From a virus (Duplodnaviria; Caudoviricetes): a DNA stretch of 64,000 nt. The notes under the pieces are model-generated. The model made no database searches. It saw nothing but the letters and a program-made list of their open reading frames with translations, and was not told the origin of the DNA. How positions within the stretch are numbered: position 1 is the stretch's first letter; the number at the start of each line of letters is the position of its first letter. The stretch lies in the IMG/VR virus record IMGVR_UViG_3300025362_000477. One strand, given 5' to 3'. This document shows, one piece after another, positions 1 to 9,817 of this stretch. The translations under genes were made by a program, and so were the position numbers.

Positions 1-3000
1 CTAACTTCTCAGCTAACTTTGGATTATTCTTAAGAATATCTCTAGAGACATCATCCATAGTTCTTCTTTTTTTATCAGTTTGTTTTAGTTTAGATTTTTT
101 GCCAGTTATTTGTTCTTGATATTCTAAATCATCTATTGTATCAGATAAGCTATTGATATTTTTTCTCATCTCTTCACGTTTCTTCATTTCTTCAGGAGAT
201 GCAAATACTCCAGCTCTATCATCTTTAATAGCTTTCTGATATTCAGCCTTTTTCTTTTTCCTCTCAGCTCGAATCTCTTTCAAATTACCTTCAACAAATT
301 TTCCACTAAATAATCCTTTTTTAACTGATTTTGGTGGTTCAATATATGATAATTGTCTCTTCAATTCTTTAAGAGAAACATCCTTTTTAAGAAGAGTATA
401 ATATTTAGAAACTTTATCTGGATCATTCTTTATCTGATCAAATATCATTCCTAATTCTTTACTATTTCTGTTATCTTTTTTAGATGTCCATGAGAGAATA
501 CTTTTGATTTCTTTAGCTTCCATTCCTTTATTATAAAGAGCCATTACATCTTTTTTAGGATATTTTCTAAAGAGAGATGATAATACTTTATTATCTTTAT
601 TAATCTTCTTCGCTTCATTAAAGAGTTGCAAATCAGTAAGAGTCTTTTTAATCTTAGCTATTGGGACACCTTTAGATATAGATTTCATTACAAATGATAA
701 TTCGTCTTTAGTACCACCATTTTGCCGCACTGTTACCATGAGATTATTCAATGCATTAATATCAGACATATCAGCACCAGACTTTCTTCTTTTTGCGATT
801 GCGTCTTTAGCTGAATTTAAAAACTTATTAGTTTTACGTTGTTCGAATTTTCTTTTTATAGTATTCACATTTCTTTTCGTCACATCAATTCCAGTAGATG
901 CAGCTGTATATACGGCACCTGATGGATTCATAGCTCCTTTTGCTATTAAACTTCCAAGTGCTTTTGTTTTATTCCAACCTCCTTTTGCATTTCGATAATC
1001 TTTAGCAGCATTAGTAAATTCTTTTTTAGTATCACGTCTAGCTTTTTTACTCCAAAATAAAGTTAAAGCTTGGATTGAATTTATTATTAAACCTAGCGGA
1101 GCAATATATTTCCCTAATGTAACACTAAATTTTCCAAGTTTAAATGCTACTGATCCAACACCTTTAAATGCAGCTGCTGCAAGATGCAAACTCTTCATTG
1201 TTGCGTTCCATATTTGGGTTTTAAATAAAACTGCTAATATGGCAGTAGTTGGATGTTTCCATGCAAATTTAGCAACACCACCAAGAACACTACGACCAAG
1301 TTTAGTAGACACTGACATGATCGCTAATACTGCTGCTGCTGCCATTTTTGGATTTTTCTTAATCCAATTGAACAATCCAGTTACTTTTTCCCCTGTTTTA
1401 CTTTCTTTTATTCTTTCCCAGACAGATAAACGTTTCGCTTTTTTAGCTGCAGCCTTCTCTTGTCTCTCTTCTCGATTATCAATTCGTTTAGTTAGATTCA
1501 TTTGAGCCTTATTAATTTGAGCAGTAGATGCAGTATGTCTAGCAATATTAGTAAGTTGAACTAAAGTAGGATCCTTATCTTTTTTAACAGCAGATATAAC
1601 ATCATCTGTATGAGGGATTATGCTTTGACCTGCTTCTGTCACGATAGATGATACTTTCTCTTTTGCTGATGATTTCCAATCATTGACCTTTTTAGGTGGT
1701 TTGATGCGTCCCATTCCTTTTATACCAGCAGCACTAGCATTATGACGGGTATCCATTGTATATCTTTGAGATTCAGTTAATTTTTTATTTTTCCAAAACT
1801 CATACCATGATGGTTTAGAATCTGGATCATAATTCTCAGTTCTATCAGTTTGTTTTTTAATGAATCCTTCTTGCACATGTTTTAAAGCATCAGTTAATCT
1901 CTCCGAAAATATTTTTACTTGTGTTCCAGCTTCTTCGAAATCATCTCCCATATCAAACATAGTGAGTTTAGCTCGGCGAACACCACCCATAAAAGATTGT
2001 TCACCCTCTCCAAAAACGGCAGCATCCATCCCAGCTTGGAATTTCTCATGCGCTCTCTTACGCCATCTCTCTTCATCAAAGTTAACAAATGTCTCTGCAG
2101 AACTAATAAATCCCAGTAATTTCTTCACGGGACCAGCTTCCATTTCTTTAGCTTTCTTACTTATTTTCTTTCCACTTTTTCCAAACCATTCAAGAAGAGC
2201 ACCACGACGACCAGTAACTTCAAACTTAATATTTTTATTTTTGGATAATATCTGCAATAGGGCATTCATCTGATCTTTTTGAACTTCCCCATATAAACGC
2301 TGCCAGTTATACATTGTAGCAATACCATTAGCAGTCGTGACTAGAGGATTTTTATTACGAGGGATATCTTTACTATACCGACCACTAAATAAATGACCAG
2401 CAAACATTTCAAATCCACCAATGAGGGAAGCAAAGATTCCCCCCTTCTTAGATGCAGGATCCTCATACTGAGATAGGATTCCTTCCATTGTCTCGCTCTG
2501 ATTCTCTAACAACCCATAAATAGCACTCAATAACCGAACTTGCTTATCAACTTCTTTTTTCGGTTTAATAATCTCAGCCATATGAATTTCGGCCAATCCA
2601 CCTTTCTGTACTGTTCCACCTGTTGCAGCTTTAGGAGCTTGTCTTTTAATTTCTTTAATCTCTTTACTAGTAGGTGCAACAGTTTTCCCAGCCAATTGCT
2701 GATTGCTGATTCTTAGACGATCCACTGCCATGATAACATCACCGGATCTTTTCAAGTTTTGTGAATGACTCCATATGAATGAAGAGTATCTTCGTCCCAA
2801 TCCACCCTTATAATTAATCTCAGTTCCATTCTTATTTGGTGAGATAGTTGATGCTATAGTTGAAATACCACCAGATACTTTATGAGTACCACCAGTATCA
2901 GAACGTATTTTCCGACCATTAATCTTTTTTGCATTATATTTGGTTTTCTGATCGATTGCTTCTGATAGAGTTGAATTACTCATACTATTATTCTTATTTC

Positions 3001-3493
3001 TATTTTTGATCTTTGAGCCAGTATCCTTGATAGAACTCCATGTCTTAGAACCTGCAGAACTTAGTCCCTCTGAAACCTTTGCTTTTATTGCAGCACCTAT
3101 CCCAGAATCAGATATTGATTGAGCAATGACTGCCCCGATCAAACCACCAGCAGCTGAGGCTCCAGCTCTACCAGTTTGAGTTTCTTTATCTAGTGCAAAT
3201 TTACCAACAGTATTTTTTGCTGCTATAACGGAATAATGTCCAGTTGCCTTAACTGCTTCACCAGTTGAATGGGCTATTTTACTAGTACCCTCAGCAACAG
3301 CTCTCTGAAATCCCATTATTGCTTTTGTTAGACGTGTAGATTCTAGATTGCTATCTTTTACTATTGCTTTCATTTGATCCACACTATCAGATTGAGTCTC
3401 TTTATAGTCATTTCTCATCCCATCAATATTAGCATTGAGACTATCAAAATCATCTCTACTTGGCGGTGTTGGATCTGGTGGTTTATTTGGCAT
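1..3493 (-). CDS. Large tape-measure-like virion protein, partial (3' end runs off the window; over 1160 aa)
   Basis: Not in the ORF track. ATG at 3493 with AGGAG RBS (MPNKPPDPTPP...). Frame open at spots checked near 3373, 1320-1365 and 1-35. K/A-rich with amphipathic motifs (WIKKNPKMAAAAVLA, KFAWKHP). Function is inferred. Confidence 0.6.
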   Translation of the reverse strand, partial: MPNKPPDPTPPSRDDFDSLNANIDGMRNDYKETQSDSVDQMKAIVKDSNLESTRLTKAIMGFQRAVAEGTSKIAHSTGEAVKATGHYSVIAAKNTVGKFALDKETQTGRAGASAAGGLIGAVIAQSISDSGIGAAIKAKVSEGLSSAGSKTWSSIKDTGSKIKNRNKNNSMSNSTLSEAIDQKTKYNAKKINGRKIRSDTGGTHKVSGGISTIASTISPNKNGTEINYKGGLGRRYSSFIWSHSQNLKRSGDVIMAVDRLRISNQQLAGKTVAPTSKEIKEIKRQAPKAATGGTVQKGGLAEIHMAEIIKPKKEVDKQVRLLSAIYGLLENQSETMEGILSQYEDPASKKGGIFASLIGGFEMFAGHLFSGRYSKDIPRNKNPLVTTANGIATMYNWQRLYGEVQKDQMNALLQILSKNKNIKFEVTGRRGALLEWFGKSGKKISKKAKEMEAGPVKKLLGFISSAETFVNFDEERWRKRAHEKFQAGMDAAVFGEGEQSFMGGVRRAKLTMFDMGDDFEEAGTQVKIFSERLTDALKHVQEGFIKKQTDRTENYDPDSKPSWYEFWKNKKLTESQRYTMDTRHNASAAGIKGMGRIKPPKKVNDWKSSAKEKVSSIVTEAGQSIIPHTDDVISAVKKDKDPTLVQLTNIARHTASTAQINKAQMNLTKRIDNREERQEKAAAKKAKRLSVWERIKESKTGEKVTGLFNWIKKNPKMAAAAVLAIMSVSTKLGRSVLGGVAKFAWKHPTTAILAVLFKTQIWNATMKSLHLAAAAFKGVGSVAFKLGKFSVTLGKYIAPLGLIINSIQALTLFWSKKARRDTKKEFTNAAKDYRNAKGGWNKTKALGSLIAKGAMNPSGAVYTAASTGIDVTKRNVNTIKRKFEQRKTNKFLNSAKDAIAKRRKSGADMSDINALNNLMVTVRQNGGTKDELSFVMKSISKGVPIAKIKKTLTDLQLFNEAKKINKDNKVLSSLFRKYPKKDVMALYNKGMEAKEIKSILSWTSKKDNRNSKELGMIFDQIKNDPDKVSKYYTLLKKDVSLKELKRQLSYIEPPKSVKKGLFSGKFVEGNLKEIRAERKKKKAEYQKAIKDDRAGVFASPEEMKKREEMRKNINSLSDTIDDLEYQEQITGKKSKLKQTDKKRRTMDDVSRDILKNNPKLAEKL

Positions 3494-3532
3494 AGATATC
3501 TCCTACTAATTTCCTCTAAATTTTATGTTTGT

Positions 3533-5299
3533 TCATGGGTTTCCCCCAGTTTTTTTATTTTGCATATCTATTAACTTTAATACATCTATGGTTGAACCAT
3601 GCTCCTGGTCCATTAACTTTCCTAGATTTCCTCTGATATAATTACTCATTAGTTTATTCGATCTCTCTATTATCTCCATTCTATCATCTGATTTGAAACT
3701 TTTGAAATCAGACATTTCTGGTGCAACAACAGCAGAGCTTTCCGTATCATTCCAACTAGCTATATCAGCAAAATTTCCCATACTATTAGAATCAGTAAAT
3801 TTCATTGACATTCCCATAGGCGGATCATATAATTTCACATAACAACAGAATGCATAAGCTATAGCTAAATCGTCATGCTCCCCTTCATCAGCTTGAACTT
3901 TCCCCTTATTATCAATTAATCCAATCAATTCTAAAGCAAGTAATTCAGATTGAATGTTCTCTGGATCATCAACAACATATGTATATAGAGCATCAATAAT
4001 TAATGGTCGATTTTGTGGTCCAGTAAATATTCCATATTTGTACTTATGATTTTTCTTTTTAAATGAGCCATCAATAGTTGATGTTTTCTGTTCAGTTTTG
4101 TATAGATTATAAAATGAATCTCTTCTTGTTAAATATTCGCATACTTGATTTCCATATGAATTTGATTCGACAATCAATAAATTTTTTGGAAATACAGTAG
4201 CTACTTTAGCAATAACTTCACAAAAATCTTCTACTCGGATATTGGTTGCTTTAAATTCAGCTACTTGTTTCAAAGTTTTATAGTCAGCAACAACAATTGT
4301 ACTTGAGTCAGCACCACATTCAGAAGCAGTATCAACCGCAATCAAATAAAATTTATCTGGATCATATATTTCAAACATATTCAAATTATGTTTAAAGAAT
4401 GTCATTGTATTGATTGGTGGTATTCCAGATCCATTAAGAATCTTAATAGTACTCGCGGGGAAAAATGAGTTACTACTAGCAACAAATTGCATATCCAATT
4501 CCTGAGCAATTTTCCATGGTACATTATTGAGTAATTTGCATTGAGTTGAATACCATTCGGGATCATCTGCGAACTCTGGAATTTCTTTCCAATGTAATTT
4601 GAATGGTTTGAAGATGGAAGTACCAGCATGTGCAGACACCCAATTCTGATAATACCATTTACCACGACCAACAGTTTTGTTTGGTGTTGATATAATGATA
4701 GTACCGTATGGGATATTAGCTTGTCTGGCTAACTGTTGAGCTTTAAATAGTGTTGGTGCAACTGATGTATAAGCTTCATCAATTTTGGATATGAAAGCTC
4801 CTTCATCAATAATTAATAAGTTGATTGAGAAACCACGCAATGTTCCTTCTGGGTTTGCTTCATTTACCTGAGATGCATAAAATTTAGATCCGTTATCAAG
4901 TATGAATGACTGCTCGGTTCTCTTCACATATTGGGGACGAATCCAATCTGGTAAACTATCTATCATTCCTTGCGTTTTTCGACAAAAATCTGTACTTTCT
5001 TGACCAGATTTTGAAATTATTCCTACAACAACATTCTTATGGAATGCCATTGCATGACATATTAACATTTGGGTAATAGTAGATAAACCAGTCTGTCGAG
5101 TTTTTAATGTAATAACATGATGTTCTTTATAAACCTTATCAACAAAGTCTTTCTGTTTTTCATACAACTTCACTGATCTATCACCACCAGCCAATGCTAG
5201 TTTGATATAATTCTCAATAAAATAATGTGGATCATTCTTACATTTAAAATATTCCACTAATCGCTTTTTCTTCAGTGGAGACATATTCTTTGTATTCAT
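3533..5299 (-). CDS. terL: Terminase large subunit (T4 gp17-like)
   Basis: Walker A-like LKTRQTGLST, Walker B LLIIDEGAF, motif III IISTPN, RNase H-like nuclease YLIAVDTA...DDLAIA. Start moved to ATG 5299, just after the upstream stop. Confidence 0.92.
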   Translation of the reverse strand: MNTKNMSPLKKKRLVEYFKCKNDPHYFIENYIKLALAGGDRSVKLYEKQKDFVDKVYKEHHVITLKTRQTGLSTITQMLICHAMAFHKNVVVGIISKSGQESTDFCRKTQGMIDSLPDWIRPQYVKRTEQSFILDNGSKFYASQVNEANPEGTLRGFSINLLIIDEGAFISKIDEAYTSVAPTLFKAQQLARQANIPYGTIIISTPNKTVGRGKWYYQNWVSAHAGTSIFKPFKLHWKEIPEFADDPEWYSTQCKLLNNVPWKIAQELDMQFVASSNSFFPASTIKILNGSGIPPINTMTFFKHNLNMFEIYDPDKFYLIAVDTASECGADSSTIVVADYKTLKQVAEFKATNIRVEDFCEVIAKVATVFPKNLLIVESNSYGNQVCEYLTRRDSFYNLYKTEQKTSTIDGSFKKKNHKYKYGIFTGPQNRPLIIDALYTYVVDDPENIQSELLALELIGLIDNKGKVQADEGEHDDLAIAYAFCCYVKLYDPPMGMSMKFTDSNSMGNFADIASWNDTESSAVVAPEMSDFKSFKSDDRMEIIERSNKLMSNYIRGNLGKLMDQEHGSTIDVLKLIDMQNKKTGGNP

Positions 5300-5300
5300 A

Positions 5301-6644
5301 CTAATTCTTTGATTGTGCTGTACGACACCCGATAATCTTAGCAAAACACTCTAAGTTATCTTCTTGTGCACCCGTTGATTCCTTCGTTAAAACTATTTCA
5401 GTATCAGATATTAAATAAGCACCTTCGTAATTTGAACCAGGATACATTTCATGTTCAGCATAAGGTTTTAAATAACATACCTCGCCAACTCTTGAAATTA
5501 ATGAAATCTTAACTTTTCTATAAAGAGTGAACTTTAATGATGTCGCATCTTTAAATGAATCAGCTATAGCACTACTCATAGCATAATCATTAAATCCACC
5601 TCCATATCCAGAGCATGTTTCAAAACCTTTCCAATCAATATAATATTTTTTTCGAATCTTTGTTTCTGGATGAAATTTCATCTGAGGGTTATCATGCCAT
5701 AAACCTTGACTTTTAATTACATCATCAGATTTCATTTTATGATAATAAGCAATATCATCATGTGGGTGAGCAATGAATATATTATTGTATCCATTCTTTA
5801 TCATTGCTGAGTTACCATAATGTAATGTTTCAACATTATCGTAAGTAAGAAAATGATCAGGACGGTTACTAACTAAATCAACCACAGTGTTATATAACTC
5901 AGGACATTTTGCAAATGAAGGCATTTTATGAACTTTTGTAAACCCAGTTGCTTTTGTTTTTTCCCAATGCTGTTTTAAATCCCACATACAGAATTGACCA
6001 GCATAGTTAGCATATCTAAATAATGGTCCTTGAAATATTCCAAATTTCTCATTTAAATAATCCACTGCTGATTTCATAGTCATTGGAGGAATCACCAATT
6101 GAGGAATCTTTTTAGTATTGTGACCACAATCTTTAATATTTGCTTCTATTCCTTTCGATGTTAATAAATCTTTACATACACACAATGGAGTCTTCCCAGT
6201 ATTATCCCCTTCAATTAATTTATTAACCGATGTTGACATAGCAATAAATGCAGGTTTACTGAGACATGTAATAATCAATCTTCCCTTTTGAGTTTCTTCC
6301 TCATTCATCCACGGGCCATTTTGAATTGGTTTTTGTGACAAAGTTATATTAGATTCTAAATACATTAAATCCCAAATCATAGGTTTTGGAACTTTTTCTC
6401 CATCATCACCAACATCCCATATATAAACTTTTAGATCACTACTACCATAAATATCCTTTTCAATCATAGGCTGATTATCCATCATAAAATGTAATTCCAT
6501 TACAGGCCAACAAGATCGGATAGAATTAATAATACGCATAGTGGTAAATGAAGTTGATAAACATTGGTTCTGATCACCATCAGTAAATATTTCAACGACC
6601 GTTTGTGCGTTCATCACCTTGTTAGTTTTAGCTGAACATCCCAT
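5301..6644 (-). CDS. Hypothetical protein, possibly baseplate hub/tail-associated
   Basis: 447 aa ORF with AAGGAG RBS, directly upstream of terL. Structural role inferred from context only. Confidence 0.5.
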   Translation of the reverse strand: MGCSAKTNKVMNAQTVVEIFTDGDQNQCLSTSFTTMRIINSIRSCWPVMELHFMMDNQPMIEKDIYGSSDLKVYIWDVGDDGEKVPKPMIWDLMYLESNITLSQKPIQNGPWMNEEETQKGRLIITCLSKPAFIAMSTSVNKLIEGDNTGKTPLCVCKDLLTSKGIEANIKDCGHNTKKIPQLVIPPMTMKSAVDYLNEKFGIFQGPLFRYANYAGQFCMWDLKQHWEKTKATGFTKVHKMPSFAKCPELYNTVVDLVSNRPDHFLTYDNVETLHYGNSAMIKNGYNNIFIAHPHDDIAYYHKMKSDDVIKSQGLWHDNPQMKFHPETKIRKKYYIDWKGFETCSGYGGGFNDYAMSSAIADSFKDATSLKFTLYRKVKISLISRVGEVCYLKPYAEHEMYPGSNYEGAYLISDTEIVLTKESTGAQEDNLECFAKIIGCRTAQSKN

Positions 6645-6665
6645 GAAAACTCCTTATAATTTATT

Positions 6666-6675
6666 ATTTGTTCTA
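6666..6675 (-). promoter_or_regulatory. Candidate phage promoter motif TAGAACAAAT
   Basis: Matches recurring NNGAAYAAAT motif, about 20 nt upstream of the 6644 start. Confidence 0.4.
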
Positions 6676-6686
6676 AATACTAAGCA

Positions 6687-6713
6687 AAAAAGAAATAAGG
6701 GTCTTAAAGACCC
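6687..6713 (-). terminator. Probable intrinsic terminator
   Basis: GGGTCT-taa-AGACCC stem followed on the minus strand by a U-rich tract, downstream of 6731..6916. Confidence 0.55.
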
Positions 6714-6730
6714 CTATAACTTTTTTGCTT

Positions 6731-6916
6731 TTATAAATTACCTATCTTTCGACAAGTACTCACTAACGCCCATATTATACATCCGAAGATGATGTATGGA
6801 ATGAGTGGAATCAATAAGATTCCTATTATCGTAAATACTACTATCATCGCCACTAAAATAAACGGCGCAGCAATTGCTAATATAATCATTATTATGATTG
6901 TTAATAGAAGATTCAT
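6731..6916 (-). CDS. Small membrane protein
   Basis: 61 aa, almost entirely hydrophobic. Confidence 0.55.
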   Translation of the reverse strand: MNLLLTIIIMIILAIAAPFILVAMIVVFTIIGILLIPLIPYIIFGCIIWALVSTCRKIGNL

Positions 6917-6991
6917 AATGAACTCTTTCTAGATGCTTAGCATCCCATTATATAAGGCTATTCCGAATTAGAATAATTTCCTTATACGTAA

Positions 6992-7056
6992 GTATATATA
7001 TATAGTATATAAAAACCATCTTAATAAAATAGATCAAATTAATACATATATATAGC
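6992..7056 (-). promoter_or_regulatory. Two (TA)n-TAG motifs, candidate early-promoter elements
   Basis: gtatatatatatagt (6992-7006) and acatatatatagc (7044-7056) in the intergenic gap; similar motif at 7834-7849. Confidence 0.3.
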
Positions 7057-7086
7057 AATATAGTATATAGGTACATTATTCAAACC

Positions 7087-7106
7087 AAAAAAGGGCCGTA
7101 ACCCTT
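7087..7106 (-). terminator. Probable intrinsic terminator
   Basis: AAAGGG-ccgtaa-CCCTTT stem with a minus-strand U tract after 7114..7305. Confidence 0.55.
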
Positions 7107-7113
7107 TCCTTTA

Positions 7114-7305
7114 TTATGACTGTGATGAACCCCATGCAAGCCCAGCAACAATCGCTAATCCCATTGCTGTAACTCCAACAAGGAAACCAATCGACTGATG
7201 TTTAACTGCATATAGTTTTTTCTCAGTTGTTGTCATGTGTGGTTCATCCTTCGCCCACACGTGATCTTCTGCATCTTTTCTGATTTCATCATTCATACTT
7301 ATCAC
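7114..7305 (-). CDS. Small protein with C-terminal transmembrane helix
   Basis: 63 aa; C-terminal hydrophobic segment IGFLVGVTAMGLAIVAGLAW. Confidence 0.55.
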   Translation of the reverse strand: MISMNDEIRKDAEDHVWAKDEPHMTTTEKKLYAVKHQSIGFLVGVTAMGLAIVAGLAWGSSQS

Positions 7306-7321
7306 CTTTCCGTTGTATTAG

Positions 7322-7792
7322 TTAACCTGCAACATATTCTACAATCGTCACATCGAATCCGATTAACTCTTCTTCAATGATATTCTTGACAACACCCCAA
7401 TCACCGCCTGCCAGACCGCATCCGATCAATGGCAATCCAATACGGGTACCGCTATCACAAGTGTTATCAACGATAGTCTTTAGTACATTACGGATAGCAT
7501 CATAATCTACCTGGAGAATAGAACTATTATGGTCATACTGTGTGTATGCGTTAATCACAACAAGGTCTTCACCTTGTGTGCCAACAAGGCATTGTGAGTA
7601 AGTTCCCATTTTGCTGCGATCACCAGATTTAGTGCGGCAATCTGCCTGAAAAACCTCAGGCCACATCTGCTTAATCTGTAGAGCGATTCCGCCGCCCATA
7701 CAACAAAAACAGTTACATCCATGCACGATCAAATCGAAATTGCCTTCATCTGCTAACTTCAACAGATTCCCTTTTATTGTTCTTATAGCCAT
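7322..7792 (-). CDS. Macrodomain protein (ADP-ribose binding/hydrolase, T4 Tk.4-like)
   Basis: IKGNLL, IVHGCNCFCCMGGGIA, INAYTQY, IGLPLIGCGLAGGDW macrodomain motifs. Confidence 0.85.
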   Translation of the reverse strand: MAIRTIKGNLLKLADEGNFDLIVHGCNCFCCMGGGIALQIKQMWPEVFQADCRTKSGDRSKMGTYSQCLVGTQGEDLVVINAYTQYDHNSSILQVDYDAIRNVLKTIVDNTCDSGTRIGLPLIGCGLAGGDWGVVKNIIEEELIGFDVTIVEYVAG

Positions 7793-7833
7793 TTAATCTC
7801 CTTTGTATTGTTCAATAAGTTATCCTATTCATT

Positions 7834-7849
7834 AGTTAATATATATAGT
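7834..7849 (-). promoter_or_regulatory. ACTATATATATTAACT motif, candidate early promoter
   Basis: About 45 nt upstream of the macrodomain gene; overlaps an ACTAATGA motif (7829-7836). Confidence 0.3.
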
Positions 7850-7870
7850 AACCGCTTTAAAAATAAAGTA

Positions 7871-7893
7871 AAAAAGAAAGGGGCCGAAGCCCC
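7871..7893 (-). terminator. Intrinsic terminator with cUUCGg tetraloop
   Basis: Minus strand reads GGGGC-TTCG-GCCCC-TTTCTTTTT, right after the stop of 7902..8990. Confidence 0.8.
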
Positions 7894-7901
7894 CCCTCCT
7901 C

Positions 7902-8990
7902 TTATTGTACTGAGTCGAGACGGATGAGAGCCATATCCAACCTTTCGGTTATGAATGTTCTCAACTTGATCTCCAATCCAATTCTCTTTTCAGTTTCCAA
8001 TATAACACTAAACAAGTATGTGATATAATAGAAATTCTTCAATGTATCAGGGAGTGAATCATATAGGACAGCAAACCTGCGGCCAAATTTCTTGGGAAAT
8101 TTCTCAAGGAATTCATCCACATGTTCTCTAGTAAATGATACTCGTCGATAATCACGAATCTGATTCTGGACAGATCTTTGTACATTTGTCACATCTTCTA
8201 TATTAATAGAAAGATGATTATCATGAATTAATCTCTGAGTGAATCGATCTAATATGAAAATATTATTAACAGGGATAACCCTATCCACTTCTGGATCACC
8301 TTCTTCTGTTGGTAGAGTAATAGTCTTCAAAAGACCATAGTTCAACTGAAGTGCATGATTCCCTGAGAATCCATTAATAATATTAAAAGTTAGATTCGCA
8401 GTTGTTAATAAATCTAAATCAGGATTGATATTAGTTATGAGCTGGAATAGAACTTTATCCACATCCGGTTCATCCTCGATATCTATCTGATATCCATCTA
8501 AAGTGAAACTACTTCTCACTGATGGACCTGATCTATAATGCTTCTCGTTAGATATTTCTCCATCAAGATTCACACTTATTTGCCTAATAACTTCACGTGT
8601 TGCAATGGCAGTAAATGCAGTAGACAATAAAGTCTTACAAGTAATCCATTGTTCCTGACCAACTTCTTTATAATGCAATACAAAATAATTTGATAATGTA
8701 CCGCATGGTTGAACTACTCTAACATAATCAAATAGGTATTGGTCATCCCTCATTAACATTTCATCTTCTATATCCGATAGACGAACGATATCATGAGCTA
8801 GATCCTCATATACAGACCTATTAGTTTCTAGTTCACCCGTAGATGGTATCACAGGTGTTTGTTCAATTACAGTCATAGCAGGAACTTCCCTGGTTATTGT
8901 TGGGAATAATTCATCGCTTGTCATCGGGATCTCCACTTGATTGGAAGCAGGTGTCTCCGGCTCTAAGTCCGGAGTTATCATCAGTGTCAT
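7902..8990 (-). CDS. Hypothetical protein, possible DUF932-like domain
   Basis: 362 aa with AGGAG RBS. IINGFSGNHALQLNYGLL resembles the DUF932 core. Confidence 0.45.
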   Translation of the reverse strand: MTLMITPDLEPETPASNQVEIPMTSDELFPTITREVPAMTVIEQTPVIPSTGELETNRSVYEDLAHDIVRLSDIEDEMLMRDDQYLFDYVRVVQPCGTLSNYFVLHYKEVGQEQWITCKTLLSTAFTAIATREVIRQISVNLDGEISNEKHYRSGPSVRSSFTLDGYQIDIEDEPDVDKVLFQLITNINPDLDLLTTANLTFNIINGFSGNHALQLNYGLLKTITLPTEEGDPEVDRVIPVNNIFILDRFTQRLIHDNHLSINIEDVTNVQRSVQNQIRDYRRVSFTREHVDEFLEKFPKKFGRRFAVLYDSLPDTLKNFYYITYLFSVILETEKRIGLEIKLRTFITERLDMALIRLDSVQ

Positions 8991-9207
8991 TAGTTGTATC
9001 TCCTAAAATTAATTTAACTATATTGGTTTTTGATAATTTATCCTGGATTCCTTTTCTAATGATATCATCAATCTTAGTTCTATTAAGTGATGCATCTATC
9101 ATTGGTGTAAGGATGTTTTCTAATAATATTGGGTTCTCTCTATAAAATTCTTTTAGAAAATCCATTAATAATGTTTGACCTTCATTGTCAAATTGCAATC
9201 GAATCAT
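8911..9207 (-). CDS. Hypothetical protein
   Basis: 98 aa ORF coupled to the upstream stop; 3' end overlaps the next gene by 80 nt. Confidence 0.5.
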   Translation of the reverse strand: MIRLQFDNEGQTLLMDFLKEFYRENPILLENILTPMIDASLNRTKIDDIIRKGIQDKLSKTNIVKLILGDTTNDTDDNSGLRAGDTCFQSSGDPDDKR

Positions 9208-9806
9208 TACTTCTCCTTATTCGCAATATATATCTCTAAGTTTTGTTTTGTGAAAAATACGGGATATTCAGAATTAACTAAATCGAATAGTCTACCAATA
9301 AACTCATTTGTTGTTGGATGAACTACTGATTTATTGATTGTTGCAACCATATCAAAAATCTCTAAGAAATCAACATAAGCATCAAATGTCACAATAGAAG
9401 CCATTGGAAGAATATAAGTAATTTCCTTCTCCGGTAGGTCTTTTGATAAACTTTTGAGTGTTGAATTTACTTTCTTAAATAAACTTAACATGGCACTCTT
9501 ATCCTTATCTTTAAAATTATCAGGTATTGAAAATGATATATCATCAAGTTGATAATTAACATTCGAGAATTTGATTTTCTTCATATAATTTGTTAGATCA
9601 TTATATACGAATATTGGACACTTTATTCTTAACAGCATATGTACTGATTGTAATACAATATCTTTATTTCTAACAAACCGTCGAATCAATCTTCGAATAT
9701 CATTTTTATTAAGATTTTCTATACTAATATCTGGATAACATATTTTTGTCAAATCATATAATTTTTTCATATAATCTGGATCGATATGACTTATTTTGAT
9801 TGACAT
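9207..9806 (-). CDS. Hypothetical protein, possibly degenerate ThyX-fold
   Basis: IKCPIFV and TYILPMA echo ThyX motifs, but the RHRxxSxxxxSxR signature is absent. Confidence 0.35.
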   Translation of the reverse strand: MSIKISHIDPDYMKKLYDLTKICYPDISIENLNKNDIRRLIRRFVRNKDIVLQSVHMLLRIKCPIFVYNDLTNYMKKIKFSNVNYQLDDISFSIPDNFKDKDKSAMLSLFKKVNSTLKSLSKDLPEKEITYILPMASIVTFDAYVDFLEIFDMVATINKSVVHPTTNEFIGRLFDLVNSEYPVFFTKQNLEIYIANKEK

Positions 9807-9817
9807 TTATAACTCCT

